53,180 nucleotides of DNA, filler included, from Basidioascus undulatus (GCA_000826855.1; 4 parts of 4 records of this genome joined end to end with filler, not necessarily neighbours in it), one strand, 5' to 3'. Counted from the first letter of the whole stretch, positions 12,567 to 27,835 are shown. The notes: generated from the sequence alone by a model not told the origin. Made by a program: numbers and translations.

Positions 12567-13255
12567 CTACTAACTCCTCCAGCCGTCCCTCCCCCCACAT
12601 CAACACACACAGCCCCAACCGTATCGCACATCACTCCCTCTCCCGCAGGCGCCTCCCCCGCCTCGTCTATCATCTTCCGCCAGTGCGCCCACGCGGCGTG
12701 GGCGCGGGGCGTGATGAGCGCTTCGGGCGGGGTGGTGGGGACGCCACGGGAGGCGACGAAGGAGCGGGCGGGGGAGGAGACGAGGGTTCTAGAGGGAGGG
12801 GTGAGATGGATGTGGAGAGGTGCAGGAGGACGGGACGGACAGAGGGGGGACCCGACCGAGTGGCTGCGGGGTGAGGGAATGAGAGAGCACGGCGCAAGCG
12901 GCGAGGATGGGGTTCTTGATTCCTTCATCGACCATCATTAACCTCCTGCATCAGCTCGAGTGCACCATGAAAACGAGGAAAGAAAGGAAACGCACCCACC
13001 ACCGCCCCCACACTCCCAAACGCCCCGTTCCTCCCATCCATAACCGCCGCGTCGCACTCGACCTTCCCATCGTACGTCAAGTTGCTGCCGTATCCTTCAG
13101 GCCCCTTCCATCCCACACCAATCCCATACACCCAATCAGCTGCCTGTCCCATCTGGCCCCGAAAGGACAGCGACGCACCGGCGTTCGTGCACTCCTCATC
13201 CTCCAGCACCCGCACAGCCGCCTGTACCCCGTCCAGCGCGGTCCCTCCAGATTTC
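12567..13255 (-). CDS. Threonine aspartase (taspase-1)-like Ntn hydrolase of the asparaginase-2 family, internal fragment
   Basis: VLEDEECTNAG/YGSNLTYDGKVECDAAVMDG..FGSVGAV and CDTVGAVCVD..GGVS (autocleavage D|T motif). Cut by the contig end 5' and by a junction 3'. Confidence 0.85.
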
Positions 13256-13355
13256 NNNNNNNNNNNNNNNNNNNNNNNNNNNNNNNNNNNNNNNNNNNNT
13301 TAATTAATTAANNNNNNNNNNNNNNNNNNNNNNNNNNNNNNNNNNNNNNNNNNNN
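13256..13355. other. Artificial contig spacer
   Basis: 44 N + TTAATTAATTAA (stops in six frames) + 44 N. Confidence 0.99.
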
Positions 13356-13649
13356 CCCCAATCCGACCTCTCCGGCCTGCTCGCCTCCCTCCTCCCAACC
13401 CCCCCGCCCGAAGACCCCTACGCGCCCAGCAAAGCCCAAGCGGAGCTCCAGAAGCGCGCGGACAAACTGGACGCCGCGAGGGGAGGAAGAGGAAAGAAAA
13501 GGCGAGGGTGTGAGGGGGAGAGGGAGAGGGAGAAGAAGGTGTGGGAGAAGAAGGGGGATCCGTTTGGGATGGGCGTGGGTACGGGGAAGGTGGGGAGCGA
13601 CTGGGAGAGGATGATGAGGGTGCTGAGTGGGCGGAAGGGGGGAAAGTAG
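13356..13649 (+). CDS. 3' end of hypothetical protein (truncated by contig start)
   Basis: Frame ..PPEDPYAPSKAQAELQKRADKLDAARGGRGKKRR..DWERMMRVLSGRKGGK* is open to TAG at 13647-13649. Confidence 0.6.
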   Translation, partial: PQSDLSGLLASLLPTPPPEDPYAPSKAQAELQKRADKLDAARGGRGKKRRGCEGEREREKKVWEKKGDPFGMGVGTGKVGSDWERMMRVLSGRKGGK

Positions 13650-13939
13650 TAGGGGAGGGGGGTGGCTGGAACACATGCAGCACCTGAGGGCGGGATGGCT
13701 TTTTTTTTTACTGCGCACGCGCACGCTCTGCATCAATCGATGCAAGCGCTCGGAGGCTTCTTTGCACTTGCCTGCTTATCCGCGCGAATCTTGAACGACA
13801 GACGATGACCCATCCGCCTCCCACAACTGCTTCTCAACGCGCTGCAACAATAGATTATTCCAAAATCGAACTGCTCCATCTCACCGCTTCTGTTCAAAGC
13901 ACGCGCGCGAGCGCATCCCTTTCCAGGCCCTCCCGCTCC

Positions 13940-14765
13940 GGGTCGCAGCCAGACCTCGTGCCATTCGTACTTTGGGGATGGGCCTTCGGTCCCGCCTCCA
14001 ACACCGCTCGAGTGAATTGGATCTGACGACCCCGTGAATTTGTTAAGGGATGGTTTGTTTGATACTTAGTCTAGTTGGGAAAATGAACTGAAGCGCTCGT
14101 TGCCTAGTACTGTCGGGACTCTCCGTCCGGGACATTTGCTGTGTCGTTTCACTTTTTCACAAGATAGTATCAGTAACCATGACCACTCTCACTTAACCGT
14201 CATCGCCCACTTCCGAACTGACAGTGCTTAGTAGTGTGCTCCTGACAGGCGGGGTCGGAAGCTTGACTCGCAGCTAGGCTGATCATGCGGCGTAGGTAGG
14301 TATGCTTGCAGGCCCGACCGCATCACAGTCGTAGTTGTTTTACTTCTCGAGATGTGATAGTCAATCCAAAAATGAGCTTGAGGGCGTACAATTGCAGGTT
14401 GCAGGGAGGCCGATCGGACGCAGCCGACATCGTACATTGTCAACACCTCCTTAGCACGGGACAGGCACGATTAAGCACAGTTCGGTTACGGATCAAAATT
14501 TGCGTTTCCTCTGCGCAAAGCGCTCCCCAGGCATGGGGACGCAATTGCCCAAACTCTGAGCAATGGGAACAACAAGGAACAATCTCGGCCCACTTGATTG
14601 TGACCGATGCTCAAAGTCTCGTGAGGTGGAAGAGCCCGGTCAGGTATTTGGGAGTCTGACCCTGAAATTCTGCGATAGAGATCGGCTGGATCGGTGCTGC
14701 GTGGAAGTCCCTCAATGCCTTCGTTCGCTGTGAGGCTCAAGTGCAAACAACCAAGCTCGTTCCTT
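13940..14765 (+). ncRNA. Candidate large structured non-coding RNA, family unassigned
   Basis: Dense nested complementary helices, many requiring G-U pairs on the + strand, a cUUCGg tetraloop and a possible H-type pseudoknot. No convincing ORF. Folded by eye only. Confidence 0.55.
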
Positions 14766-14845
14766 TTCAACGCATGCCGCCCACGTCCCGACAACTACCT
14801 AGTTATGCGACTCTGATTAAACATTGGTTAGTCACTCAGAGACGC

Positions 14846-15304
14846 TCATGCCATCCACAGCCCAGCTCCCAAAAAGACGCCCGCCCCGGCAACCCAACCT
14901 CGCAAACCTCCAATCCCACGCCCCAGAGCCCCCGACTTCGGCGTCCCCACGACCTCGATCCATTCCGAGCCAGCTGCCGTGGCCCGGTGCACTATCCCCG
15001 TCTGCCCCGGCGCAACTGTCACGGCTGTGGGCACGAGCTCGGGCACCTGCGAGCACGCGCTCGGGAGCGTCGCGGACGCGGGGACCTGCTCGGGGTCGAA
15101 CACCCACTGCCCGCCGTCCGGACATTGGATGGTCCTCCAGTATTGGCGCTGTGAGGGGATGGGAACGAATCAAATGTGGATTAAGGGATACAGGAGAAAG
15201 CGACTCACGGGTTGGAGGTTCTCTAGTCTGGGTTTGGGTTGGGGCGCACCTTGGGCGAGCACGAGGAAGGAGGCGAGGAGCGCGGCGGTTGAGGCGAGCT
15301 GCAT
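14846..15304 (-). CDS. Small secreted, probably GPI-anchored or membrane-tethered protein
   Basis: Signal peptide MQLASTAALLASFLVLAQG, one GTGAGT..CAG intron, two Cys, and a hydrophobic C-terminus GWVAGAGVFLGAGLWMA*. Confidence 0.75.
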
Positions 15305-16115
15305 GATACTATCCGAGTGTGTGCTGCTGGAAGGATGGTAGTGTTACTCTGAGAGGATGGCGAGGACTACAATAGCAATAAATCCGAGCGGGTTCATGCC
15401 GCCGGGAGTGGCATGAAAAAATGAAAGCCCACGCGGTGCATGCGAGGTGCCCAAGTTGAGCCTCGTGGCCGGGCCTGCTTGAAGGGTCAATGATGTTAGT
15501 GGCTGGCCTACGCAACCGACACTCTCCTCTATCTCCTGAACCCATGGCGTAATTTAACTATTTCTTGAGACCATGCAAGTGCTTTTCCATCTGCTAAAGT
15601 GTTTCGCAACAAGGCCAGTAACCCATTTTGCTGCCATACGTGATCCTTTGCGTGCCTACAGAGTGGAACATAACTCCAGGGTGGTCTTGAATTGGTCAAC
15701 CGCTCTTTTATAAGCCTATTATAGAGGGGCTCTTGTTAACAGGGAAAGTTTGAGCCGTGTTATACAATGTCCCAATGGGTACTTCGGTTACCGAAGACCA
15801 GAATCTTGTAGTATTAGCGCCTGCTCGTATACCGCTGGTTTGTGAGACTCATTTTCACACAGCCAACTTCATGTTGCGGGCATTTCTTGGCTACCCAAAC
15901 ATTTGGCAAAGAAGAAGAAAAGTGTGAATGCAAGGTGAATAGGAAGTGCGGGACAAACCGCGTTATATCCCTGGAAGCTCGCGTCCCGGCGTCTCGACGC
16001 GCCGGGCCCGGCAACTTCCCCTTCGCATCCTCCCAAACTGTTCTTCCTACTCACTTCGTCCAGCCACCTTCGATACCCCAGTCGGCCCCATCAAGCCCCT
16101 GCATACAGGCCGGCG

Positions 16116-17102
16116 ATGTCATCCTCCTCTTTCAAATCACCGTCCCTCTGGCCAAGCAACGACCCCGCCCACCCTGCCGCCCGCGCGGAGGGAGTTGCGC
16201 TGGCACTGCGCGAGGGCTTCGACGAGCCCTCGTTTGTAGAGCACCATGTGACATGGGGCGAGCAGGACCGGTTTGGGTGAGCTTCTTGTGGGAGTGGTGT
16301 GCAGGCTGGGGAAGGGTTGGAAGCTGAGCCACTGGGGTACGGGGATAGGCATGTCAATGTGAGTTATCGCTTCAACGAATATGCAACAGTTACAGCGAAA
16401 CTTAGTCTGACATCCCTATTTCAGAACACTCATTACCTGCGGTATGATGTTTCATCCTGGACGAGCGCATGGAAGCAGGCACCGCGCGCTGACGCTTGAT
16501 TGAACAGCTATTTCGAAATGGGTGCGCGGTTTCTCTATTTCCCGTACTCCCTCACAACACGAAATTCCCACTCAACATTGTTACACCAAACAGGAAGGAT
16601 GCACTTCATTGAGACTCTAGATCGCGATATGCCGCGCGAGCTGGCGCAGGACATGCACAAAGGGCGCAACGTCGGAATCATCGTCGCATCACTTTCTATC
16701 CAGTTCAAGGTGTGTTTTTATGCTTTTTTTCGCCATGTAAGTTGTCCTTCTAGACCTCAAGCCTGAATTGTTCTCATTTTCAGCGTCCAGTGAACCATCC
16801 CGACACCGTGCGCCCCATCTTCCTCCGCGCCTCCTCCTCTTATTCGACTCACGCGTAATACTGCGCAGCTCCTCATCGCCGTCCGGCCTACGAACCTCCT
16901 TCCCGACCGCTCCCGCTTCACCCTCGAGCACTTGGTGTATTCGTACGACGAACGTGCAGTCGTTGCGCGGGGCGAGTCATTGCACGTCTTATTCGACTAC
17001 CGGATAAACAAGAGAGCGCCGATGGGGCCGGAGGTGCAGAAGGCGCTGGAGAAGCGGGTTGAGGAGGGGAGGGTGCAGGGGAAGGAGAGGGCGAAACTGT
17101 GA
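16116..17102 (+). CDS. Hotdog-fold (4HBT-like) acyl-CoA thioesterase with PTS1
   Basis: Spliced WGEQDRFGHVNNTHYLRYFEMGR motif, IQFKRPVNHPDTLLI, VLFDYR; ends RAKL*. Confidence 0.88.
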
Positions 17103-17346
17103 GGGATCTGCTATAGAATGTTTAGACTTTGTTGAGTAGAGCCGCAGGGTGCTTCAGCGTGTTATCGAGATATGGTGCCAACGCCGTGTGAAACCAACGT
17201 CCAGAGCCGCCTGTGAGTGGTCGCTTACAGCTCAACTCCGGATCGGGCAAAGTCAGTGTATCACTTGTTACATTCGGAAGAAGTACTATGAAACTGAAAC
17301 TTGTCTTCAGAAAAAGTTGCGTCAAGATGACTCGAGCAAGCCCGTC

Positions 17347-18858
17347 TCATGATCCGCGTCCCTGGCTTGCGTCGATGCGTCGGTGGCTTCCTCGGCGTTC
17401 TTGCATGCACTGTGCGTTGAAGATCACGGGCGGTACAATCTGTCAACATCTCTGATGTCTGTGGACCGGTGCAAGGGAAGGACCTACTCGGAGAGGGCTT
17501 TCACGTCGCCTACCGACAAGCTGCTCGAGCTCCGCTTCATCAGTGGGTCGGTTCACCGTTCAGAATATGTAAACAAGGTGACATGACTCACACAGTCCAT
17601 ACCAGTGAGGGCAATAGGGCAACAGATGCCCAAAATATAGCAAAGAATTGCCAGAAAGCTTCGGGCCTGTCGTCGATGAGGCTCGCCACGGATGCGAACA
17701 ACCCGCAGTTGAACAGCAGACGGACCGTGAAGGTCACTAGCGGCGAGCACAGCAGCACGGTGTCGATAAGGCGGCTTTGTAAGACATTCGAGGAATGTGA
17801 AGCCTTGACTGGACGACAAAATGAGGGTAATGATTCAGAAGCTGGAGTGGTCGGGAGGGAAGACGGTGAGCGACTGACTGAGTGCTGCAGCCGCGGTGAA
17901 GCCCAGATAGCTGACGTATATCGTCCCTAGTAGTGGGGGTACTTACGGCTTTGCGGATGTCTTAAGCAGGCCGCAAAACGTCGCAACGTACCAGGAAAGC
18001 ATGGAAATAGGCGCAGGCCATGCGTTTGCGGCCAGAAAGCCGGAGGCGATCATGAACAACGCCGGGATCACGAGCTGTACAAACCATCGCGTCAGGCCAG
18101 TATGTACTTATAACTTACTGTAACGCATCAGACTCGCAAACATCAGGGTAGAATAGAGGTGCTTGTCACTGCTCATATCGTCGCTGACGTTCCCCTTGTC
18201 TCGTTTGATAAAGCGGTGGACTGCACAGCAAGGTGACCATTGAGTCCTCGCAAGAACTGAAGGATATTAGACTTCTGAAAAACTGACATGAAAAACCAGT
18301 CAAAGGAACCCCCAGCGCCGGGACGAGTAAATGTCCGACCTCCGAATCAACCGTAAGGAGCCCGCCCATTGTGCCGAGAACCATAATGGCGATGATGAGG
18401 AGAGCATGTCCGCGAATATACATTCTAAGGACAGAGCTTGTCATATAAGCAGTTTTCTCAGTCAAAATTGCTAACATGCTGATCTGAATAAGAACTTTGG
18501 TTTCCCTCTTTGCGTCCAGCACTTTTCCGTCATCTTCTGCTTATGTGATTCCGCTCTAGGTTGAGAATGGACCTCCCTGCTCTACAATATGACAACGTTG
18601 AACCACTGACCAAGTCTGACCCTTCCAGCAACATCCGCCCCGCAAGTGCCCCGCCGGCCCCCAGCATGACCATCACGGCTAAAAGGCGTACGACGAACGG
18701 TCCGTGGCCCGCGATGGCGTTCCAGAACATGGAAGCGCCCTCTTCCGAGAAGGAGCCTGTGCCGTAGAGTTGGTGAGGGTGTCGTTGAGCTGGACGCTGA
18801 GGGAGCCGGAGGGCGCAGCGCCGGAGATGGAACTCGCGGTAGCGCTAATGATGGACAT
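17347..18858 (-). CDS. Hypothetical multi-pass membrane protein (possibly disrupted)
   Basis: Several hydrophobic exons (VVRLLAVMVMLGAGG; ALLIIAIMVLGTMGGLL; LVIPALFMIASGFLAA) bounded by splice-like sites. First frame does not join cleanly; ends uncertain. Confidence 0.35.
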
Positions 18859-21661
18859 TGTTTGATTGCGGGAGAACGGTAGGTGGTGGAGAATGAAGTA
18901 TGACGGGGGGAAAATAAGTTGAAGAGCCCTCAAGAGCCCGCGTCCTGCGAAACGCGGCCGAGAGTTGCCCGAGACCCGCCTGTTACATGCCATCCCATAT
19001 AGGGCACACTTCGCCCGCGTGCAAAGCCGCCTTCTACGCTTCTTTGAATTCCAGCAGCAATTGAGCCCGAAAAAGGCTGAAGCAGAGTAGACAGACAAAT
19101 AGAAAGGCGATGTTTGCGAGTAACTGGTGAGCACGGTAAAAGAACCTCCGCCAGAACCGCTGCCCTGCGACGAAACGCTACAGAAACGCGAGCACTATGC
19201 TACTAGGAAAGTGAGCAGCAGTAAAATTGGATTGCCTTTCAGAAAGACGGCTCCACTACAAGGTCGATGTGGGTTAGAAATGGGCCGGTGGGCAATGCAG
19301 AGCGTATTCTGTGTAGTGCTCATTTCAGGCCGCTGTGACCTTTCTACAGGGCCCCCTGGCTCTTGCGTTCCGCCAGCGGCCAAACGAGGCCAAAGATGGG
19401 ATTAGTATAAAACTAAAGACATGCCTTTCACGAGCAAAAGACAGGAATAGTTTCAAGTTTTCCAACAGTGTCAAGCAATAGGACGTTCCTTCTCCTGGGG
19501 TATCACCGCCCTGCTCCGTCTCCTCTTCACGTGTATGAATCAGCCAGTTCCGCCTCTCCACAACGTCCAAGGCTAGGATCCAACACTTTGAGTCATCCTC
19601 GCCAGCCAGAACGACGTTTGGGCGACAATAGTAGACGTCGCGGGGTGAGGATCTGTTCGGGCGTGCGAAGGATGTTAGCCCGCATCGAGAGCTGAACGCA
19701 GCCTGGGCGAAGCGGGAAGAACCAGGAAAGCAAGACAGATCGTTGGAGGTAGATACGAGGTCCATGACCGATGGTTCTTGAATGTCTGACAGGTGCTTCG
19801 CATATCAGAACGAGATCAGAACGCTCCGTTTGAAAGAAAAGCGCACTGTTCAAGCCCCGGAGAATGACCTCGCGTCCCACATTCTCGTTGCTCGCCGCCG
19901 CACTCAAGTAGATACCGCGGCGCTTGACAAGAAGTTATACCCACCCTCATAGTCAACGGATAGCGAATAGATGTGACCGGCACTGACGAGGAGGGGAGGG
20001 ACTCACAAACCAGCCTCTCCAGTTCCTTAAGAGCCTTTTACAGTGTGTCTCGACGGCCATCCAAATTGCCCATTCCCCCGAGTGCATATTCGCTCCAAAT
20101 AGACTTTACCAGAGCCCCTGACTAAAGCGAATAGAGTGTTCGTTCTGTGAACGATTCGTCGACCTGAATGTGGCGAAGAGAGTTGCGCGATTGCCATGTC
20201 CCCTGAGCGCGCGACGATACGTGAGCTCGTCGTCGGACCAGGTGGGGGTGCTGAGAGACTGAGAGGACATTGTGTAATGGAACAGAGAGATATACATGTG
20301 TGCGGTGCTTACTGTGCGGCGATTGCTGTGCTGTCTCATGTCCCGGGACACTGACCGGCGCAGGCTACGTGTCGTCGAGGAGTTGGTTGTTGTTGAGAAT
20401 AATCAGAAATAAGCAAACATTAGGCTATAATTGTGCTTGGTCCAGCTGATCAGTAGGATGCTTCAAGATGAAGGCCAAGCGAGTCCGGTAGGCCGTAGGT
20501 CTGAATGTGTCGATAGCACCGCGTCTCAGTGGTGTCCCAGTATCAAAAGTCCTGGGCTACGCAGACTGAAACAACGCAAACACACTGTAGTGCAAATGAA
20601 TAATGACTTTCACAGAGCCCACGCACTTCGGGCATCAACCTGCGCTGGGTGTTAGTCGTGGCCGGACAGTGCACCCACAAGGAGTCGACGATGTCTATAT
20701 GGGGGACGGTATGCCTCTTGGTCTAATAAACCATCTTCGTGAAAAGGGCATAAACCCTACCGGTCCCAGTACCGAAGCTTGCACTTTAACAGGCGCTGCT
20801 TGTCAGAGCGGTGCGGCGAAGGCAGCCTAGAAAGATTCAAAGAAGCTGTGTTGAGGTGGGAACAAATCACAGCAAGACACGCTGTAATCGGTTACACCTT
20901 CAAGCTAAAAAATACAAATCCAGAAATGTACGCTTCTCCGGCTGAAGTGAGCAGTGTCGCAACCTCAACGCCGTCGATGCTCACGGGCGCAGATCTCCCT
21001 GCAGCGGTTTCGGCGCTCGCTTGCGGTACTTCATGAGTTTGAACACTGTGGGATGGCAGTGGTACGGGAACGTCATATCGGAGCGATGCTGTTGGAGGCG
21101 CTAGCGTTGAGGATGGCGAAGGAGGGGAGGGGCCCAGAGACTGAGGTAGCAGAGGCTAGGGATGACTGAGACCGCCGCTGAAAGCTCTGAAAGCAATGAC
21201 AATGAATCGAATGTGTTTCAGGTTCTTCAAATCTTTCCAACTCTGCAGTAGCGCTTCCTCCAGAATTCGCATGCGACATGGGGAGGCAGCCACTGTTAGC
21301 TGGCCGTTCAAGCTTGACAATAGACTCCCTCAAGGAACCTTCTGAGAACTGGTTTTGGAACGTTCGATATCCAGGGCGTTTCCAGGGGCGAGGAGGAAGC
21401 GGAAGCCTGCGAAACTGCTGAGCAAAGAGATTGACCCGCCGAGCGTGCAGCGTGCGTGAGGCACCCGCAGCCCGCACCCTTGGTTTCCTTCGACGTGCAG
21501 CGGACGAAGAGCCACAAGGCCTCCGAGTATGCCGGCCGCATCGTAACAGAGGTTCGGGCATTGTCGCAGCAGACTGAATGAGGGATAGATCGGCTATTCC
21601 GAACCAGCCTCGCGAGCTGCTCAGCCGCAATGTAGAGAAGGGATGCCAACCCTAGAGCAAT

Positions 21662-25085
<3,424 letters not shown>

Positions 25086-26498
25086 TGGACGCTCTTCGTT
25101 TCTGTGACTGACTGCGAGGACGACTGCTCGCGATGGCGACGCTGAGTGACCTTGCGACCGAGGGGGTCGCGAGCTCTGTCGAGCTCTGTCGACTTCGATC
25201 GGCCAAGGGCCATCACCACACCTGATAGCACAACATGGTTCCACACCTGCACGCGTACATACGACAGTCCGACGGACGAGCTGCTCCTTCCTTTTCTTGC
25301 CCCAAGTCGGACGGTGCTCTGCAATACCAACGGAACTTTTACCGCTGAAATGAATTTCACTGTCTAATGTTCATGCTCATGTCTGCTATGGAGGGCCAAC
25401 GGTGTCGGTTCGTAGATATTCTACTTAGGATGGACGTCATGCACAAGTTATAGCAAGCGGAGCATGCGTGTCGCCGTCTCCCTCTTTCTTTTCACCACCA
25501 CCACTGTCCCTGAGCGCCCTTTACGTCGCAATTGTCGATCCACCATAATGGAGCGTTCACCTCCTTCCGATCTCCTCACATCTCTAACCCACCCTAGTCG
25601 TCTTCTTCCACCCGCCCCACAGGGCCGACCGTGTAACCTAACCCAATCCTCGCACGACATAACTTACCGCTCCGGCGAAACCTACGTGTCCTCCTTTTTG
25701 TCGAGCAATGTGGATCCTGATGTAGCTGGTGCTGGTTCGCATGGTGGGCGTCGAAGTCATCTTACAGCTCGCGAAATCTTGCTTTCTCTCCGCTTCCCGC
25801 GCACAACGATCGGCTGTGAACTGACACTGACAATTCCTCAGCACACTGCTCTTGGTTATCGAATCCTTCACTTCCGTCTCGGTTTTTGGCTCTTTCGTTC
25901 GTTCGTGCCTCAGTCCCTTACGCATCGACGTGCGGATAGTTCAAGTTACCGCCGTTTCAGTGTCATCTGGGTTTGATGTAAGGAGTTGTGGGGAGAACAG
26001 ACGGGAAGGGAAGGCGTAGTTGGGTGAGAGCACAGCGAGAGTAAACCTGCCCTGCGGCGGCTCACAGGCAGTAAGCAAGGTGACACCGGCGAAGATTTTC
26101 TCTCAGATGTTGGCGTTGAGTATTGTAGCGAAGTGGAAGGTGGGCAGTCATGTGGAGGAGGAGGCAAAGCAGTTGTGGAAGAACGCGTTGAGGAGGAGCA
26201 AAGGGACGTCGACGTCGCTGTTCAGCTGGACTCAGGTTGAAAGAATAGCATTTCTTCTGCCGATAGGCTGTGCACGTTGACCGAGATTTGTTTAGAAGCA
26301 TCAATTCTTCCACAGGATCGCCCGCGGGCATGTTGACTTTTAGAAAACCTATTCATGTATCCGTCCAGCAGCCCACACGGCGTTTCCTGATTTCTCTTCC
26401 ACTGTCCTCTCCTCGTGCACGTCCCCCAGCACTCTTTCGTTTGCGTAGCGCAGCAAATGAAATAAACTTCAATGAATGGGTATCAATCCGCAAAGCAT

Positions 26499-26532
26499 GA
26501 ACGGGGTATACATCAGAACGGGGTATACATCA
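26499..26532. repeat. 17-bp tandem duplication
   Basis: GAACGGGGTATACATCA x2, exact. Confidence 0.9.
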
Positions 26533-26587
26533 AGATCGTGAAGCAGTCGTCGAAACGTGTCGCGTCGTAATTGCCCCATCCCCGCCC

Positions 26588-26687
26588 NNNNNNNNNNNNN
26601 NNNNNNNNNNNNNNNNNNNNNNNNNNNNNNNTTAATTAATTAANNNNNNNNNNNNNNNNNNNNNNNNNNNNNNNNNNNNNNNNNNNN
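26588..26687. other. Artificial contig spacer
   Basis: N44-TTAATTAATTAA-N44. Confidence 0.99.
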
Positions 26688-27835
26688 TTGGAAGGGGAGG
26701 AAGAGGGGGAGGGGGGAAGGTGGCTGAGGGGGGGATGGGTGGGCAGGTCCAAGTGCAGGCGGAGTTGGAGGACCTGGACGAGGACGAGCAGGAGGCGATT
26801 GAGGCGTTCTTCGACCCGACCGAGACGGACCCGTTCGACCGCGCGGTGGGCGACGATGAGGACTCGCAGGCGTCGGACTCGGGCTCGGAGGCCGGCTCGC
26901 TCGGTGACCTCTCCTCCGACGACGGCTCGTCCTCCTCCGGCGACGAGCGCGACCCGTCCGAGACGGTCGCGAACCTGGAGGAGAGCATCGCAAAGCTGGA
27001 CGGGATCATGTCCGTCATCTTTGCGCACTTCGAGCGCGTCAACGTCCTCGCCTCCCCGCCGCCCTTCAACCCGCTCTCCCCCGCTGGTCCGCCAAGCCCG
27101 TCGACGCGGGCGGCGACGGCGCGCGGGCGCGACCGGCGGCGCGCGCAGTTCCATGGCCTGCTGGCGATATTCGAGAAGACGATCCTCAAGACGTTCAAGA
27201 GCCGGTACACGCAGTTCTTGCTCTTCTGGTACTCGTCCCTCGACCCGGACTACTCGGACCTCTTCCAGGGCATGCTCGTCTCCAAGGCGCTCTTCGAGCC
27301 CAACATGCCCGTCGTTATCCGCCTCGCCGCCGCATCCTACACCGCGTCCTACGTCTCCCGCGCGAAGTTCGTCGATGGACCCAGCGCGAGGAGAGTCATG
27401 GCCCTCTTCTGCGACTACCTCGCCAGCCAGCTCGACGCCGTCGACGGCGCGCTGGCGGCGCCGAACGTCGCGCTGTATAGCGTGTTTTATGCCGTCGCCC
27501 AGGCCGTGTTTTATATCTTCTGCTTTAGGTGGAGGGACTTGCTGGATGAGTTGGATGCGGAGGACGACGTCTTTGGGCATGGCGGCTCGCCGACGGGCGG
27601 GCGCACCTGGGCACCCGGAATGGACGTCATCCAGCGCGCGATCCTCTCGCCGTTCAATCCTCTGCGGGTGTGTCCCCTCATGTTCACTCCGCAAGGACGT
27701 CCGCAGCTGATGCTTGCTCCCTCCGCTAGGTCTGCTCCTCCAACGTCGTGCATCAGTTCGCGCGCGTCGCGCAAGGCACCGGCTTCCTCTACTGCCACTC
27801 CATAATCGAGCAAAACAAGCGCTCCGACTTCTCCG
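26688..27835 (+). CDS. RRN3: RNA polymerase I initiation factor Rrn3, internal fragment
   Basis: Acidic loop, KLDGIMSVIF, FEKTILKTFKSRYTQFLLFW, ASYVSRAKF, FYAVAQAVFYIFCFRWRDL, NPLRVC..VVHQFA..FLYCHSIIE. Confidence 0.92.

Noticed and set aside
14023..14055. CTGACGA as a hammerhead ribozyme core
   Set aside because: No GAAA after the putative stem II.
13940..14765. Firm call as telomerase RNA, RNase P/MRP or group I intron
   Set aside because: No CCCTAA-type template. AAAGTCTC (14613) lies after, not before, ATGAGCTT (14372), and no bulged-U P4 is evident. GATAGTC only loosely resembles a group I S element and there is no host gene. Left unassigned.
19325..21170. Protein-like ORF fragments on both strands
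   Set aside because: Frames do not join and no family is recognisable. Possibly decayed genes, but not supportable.
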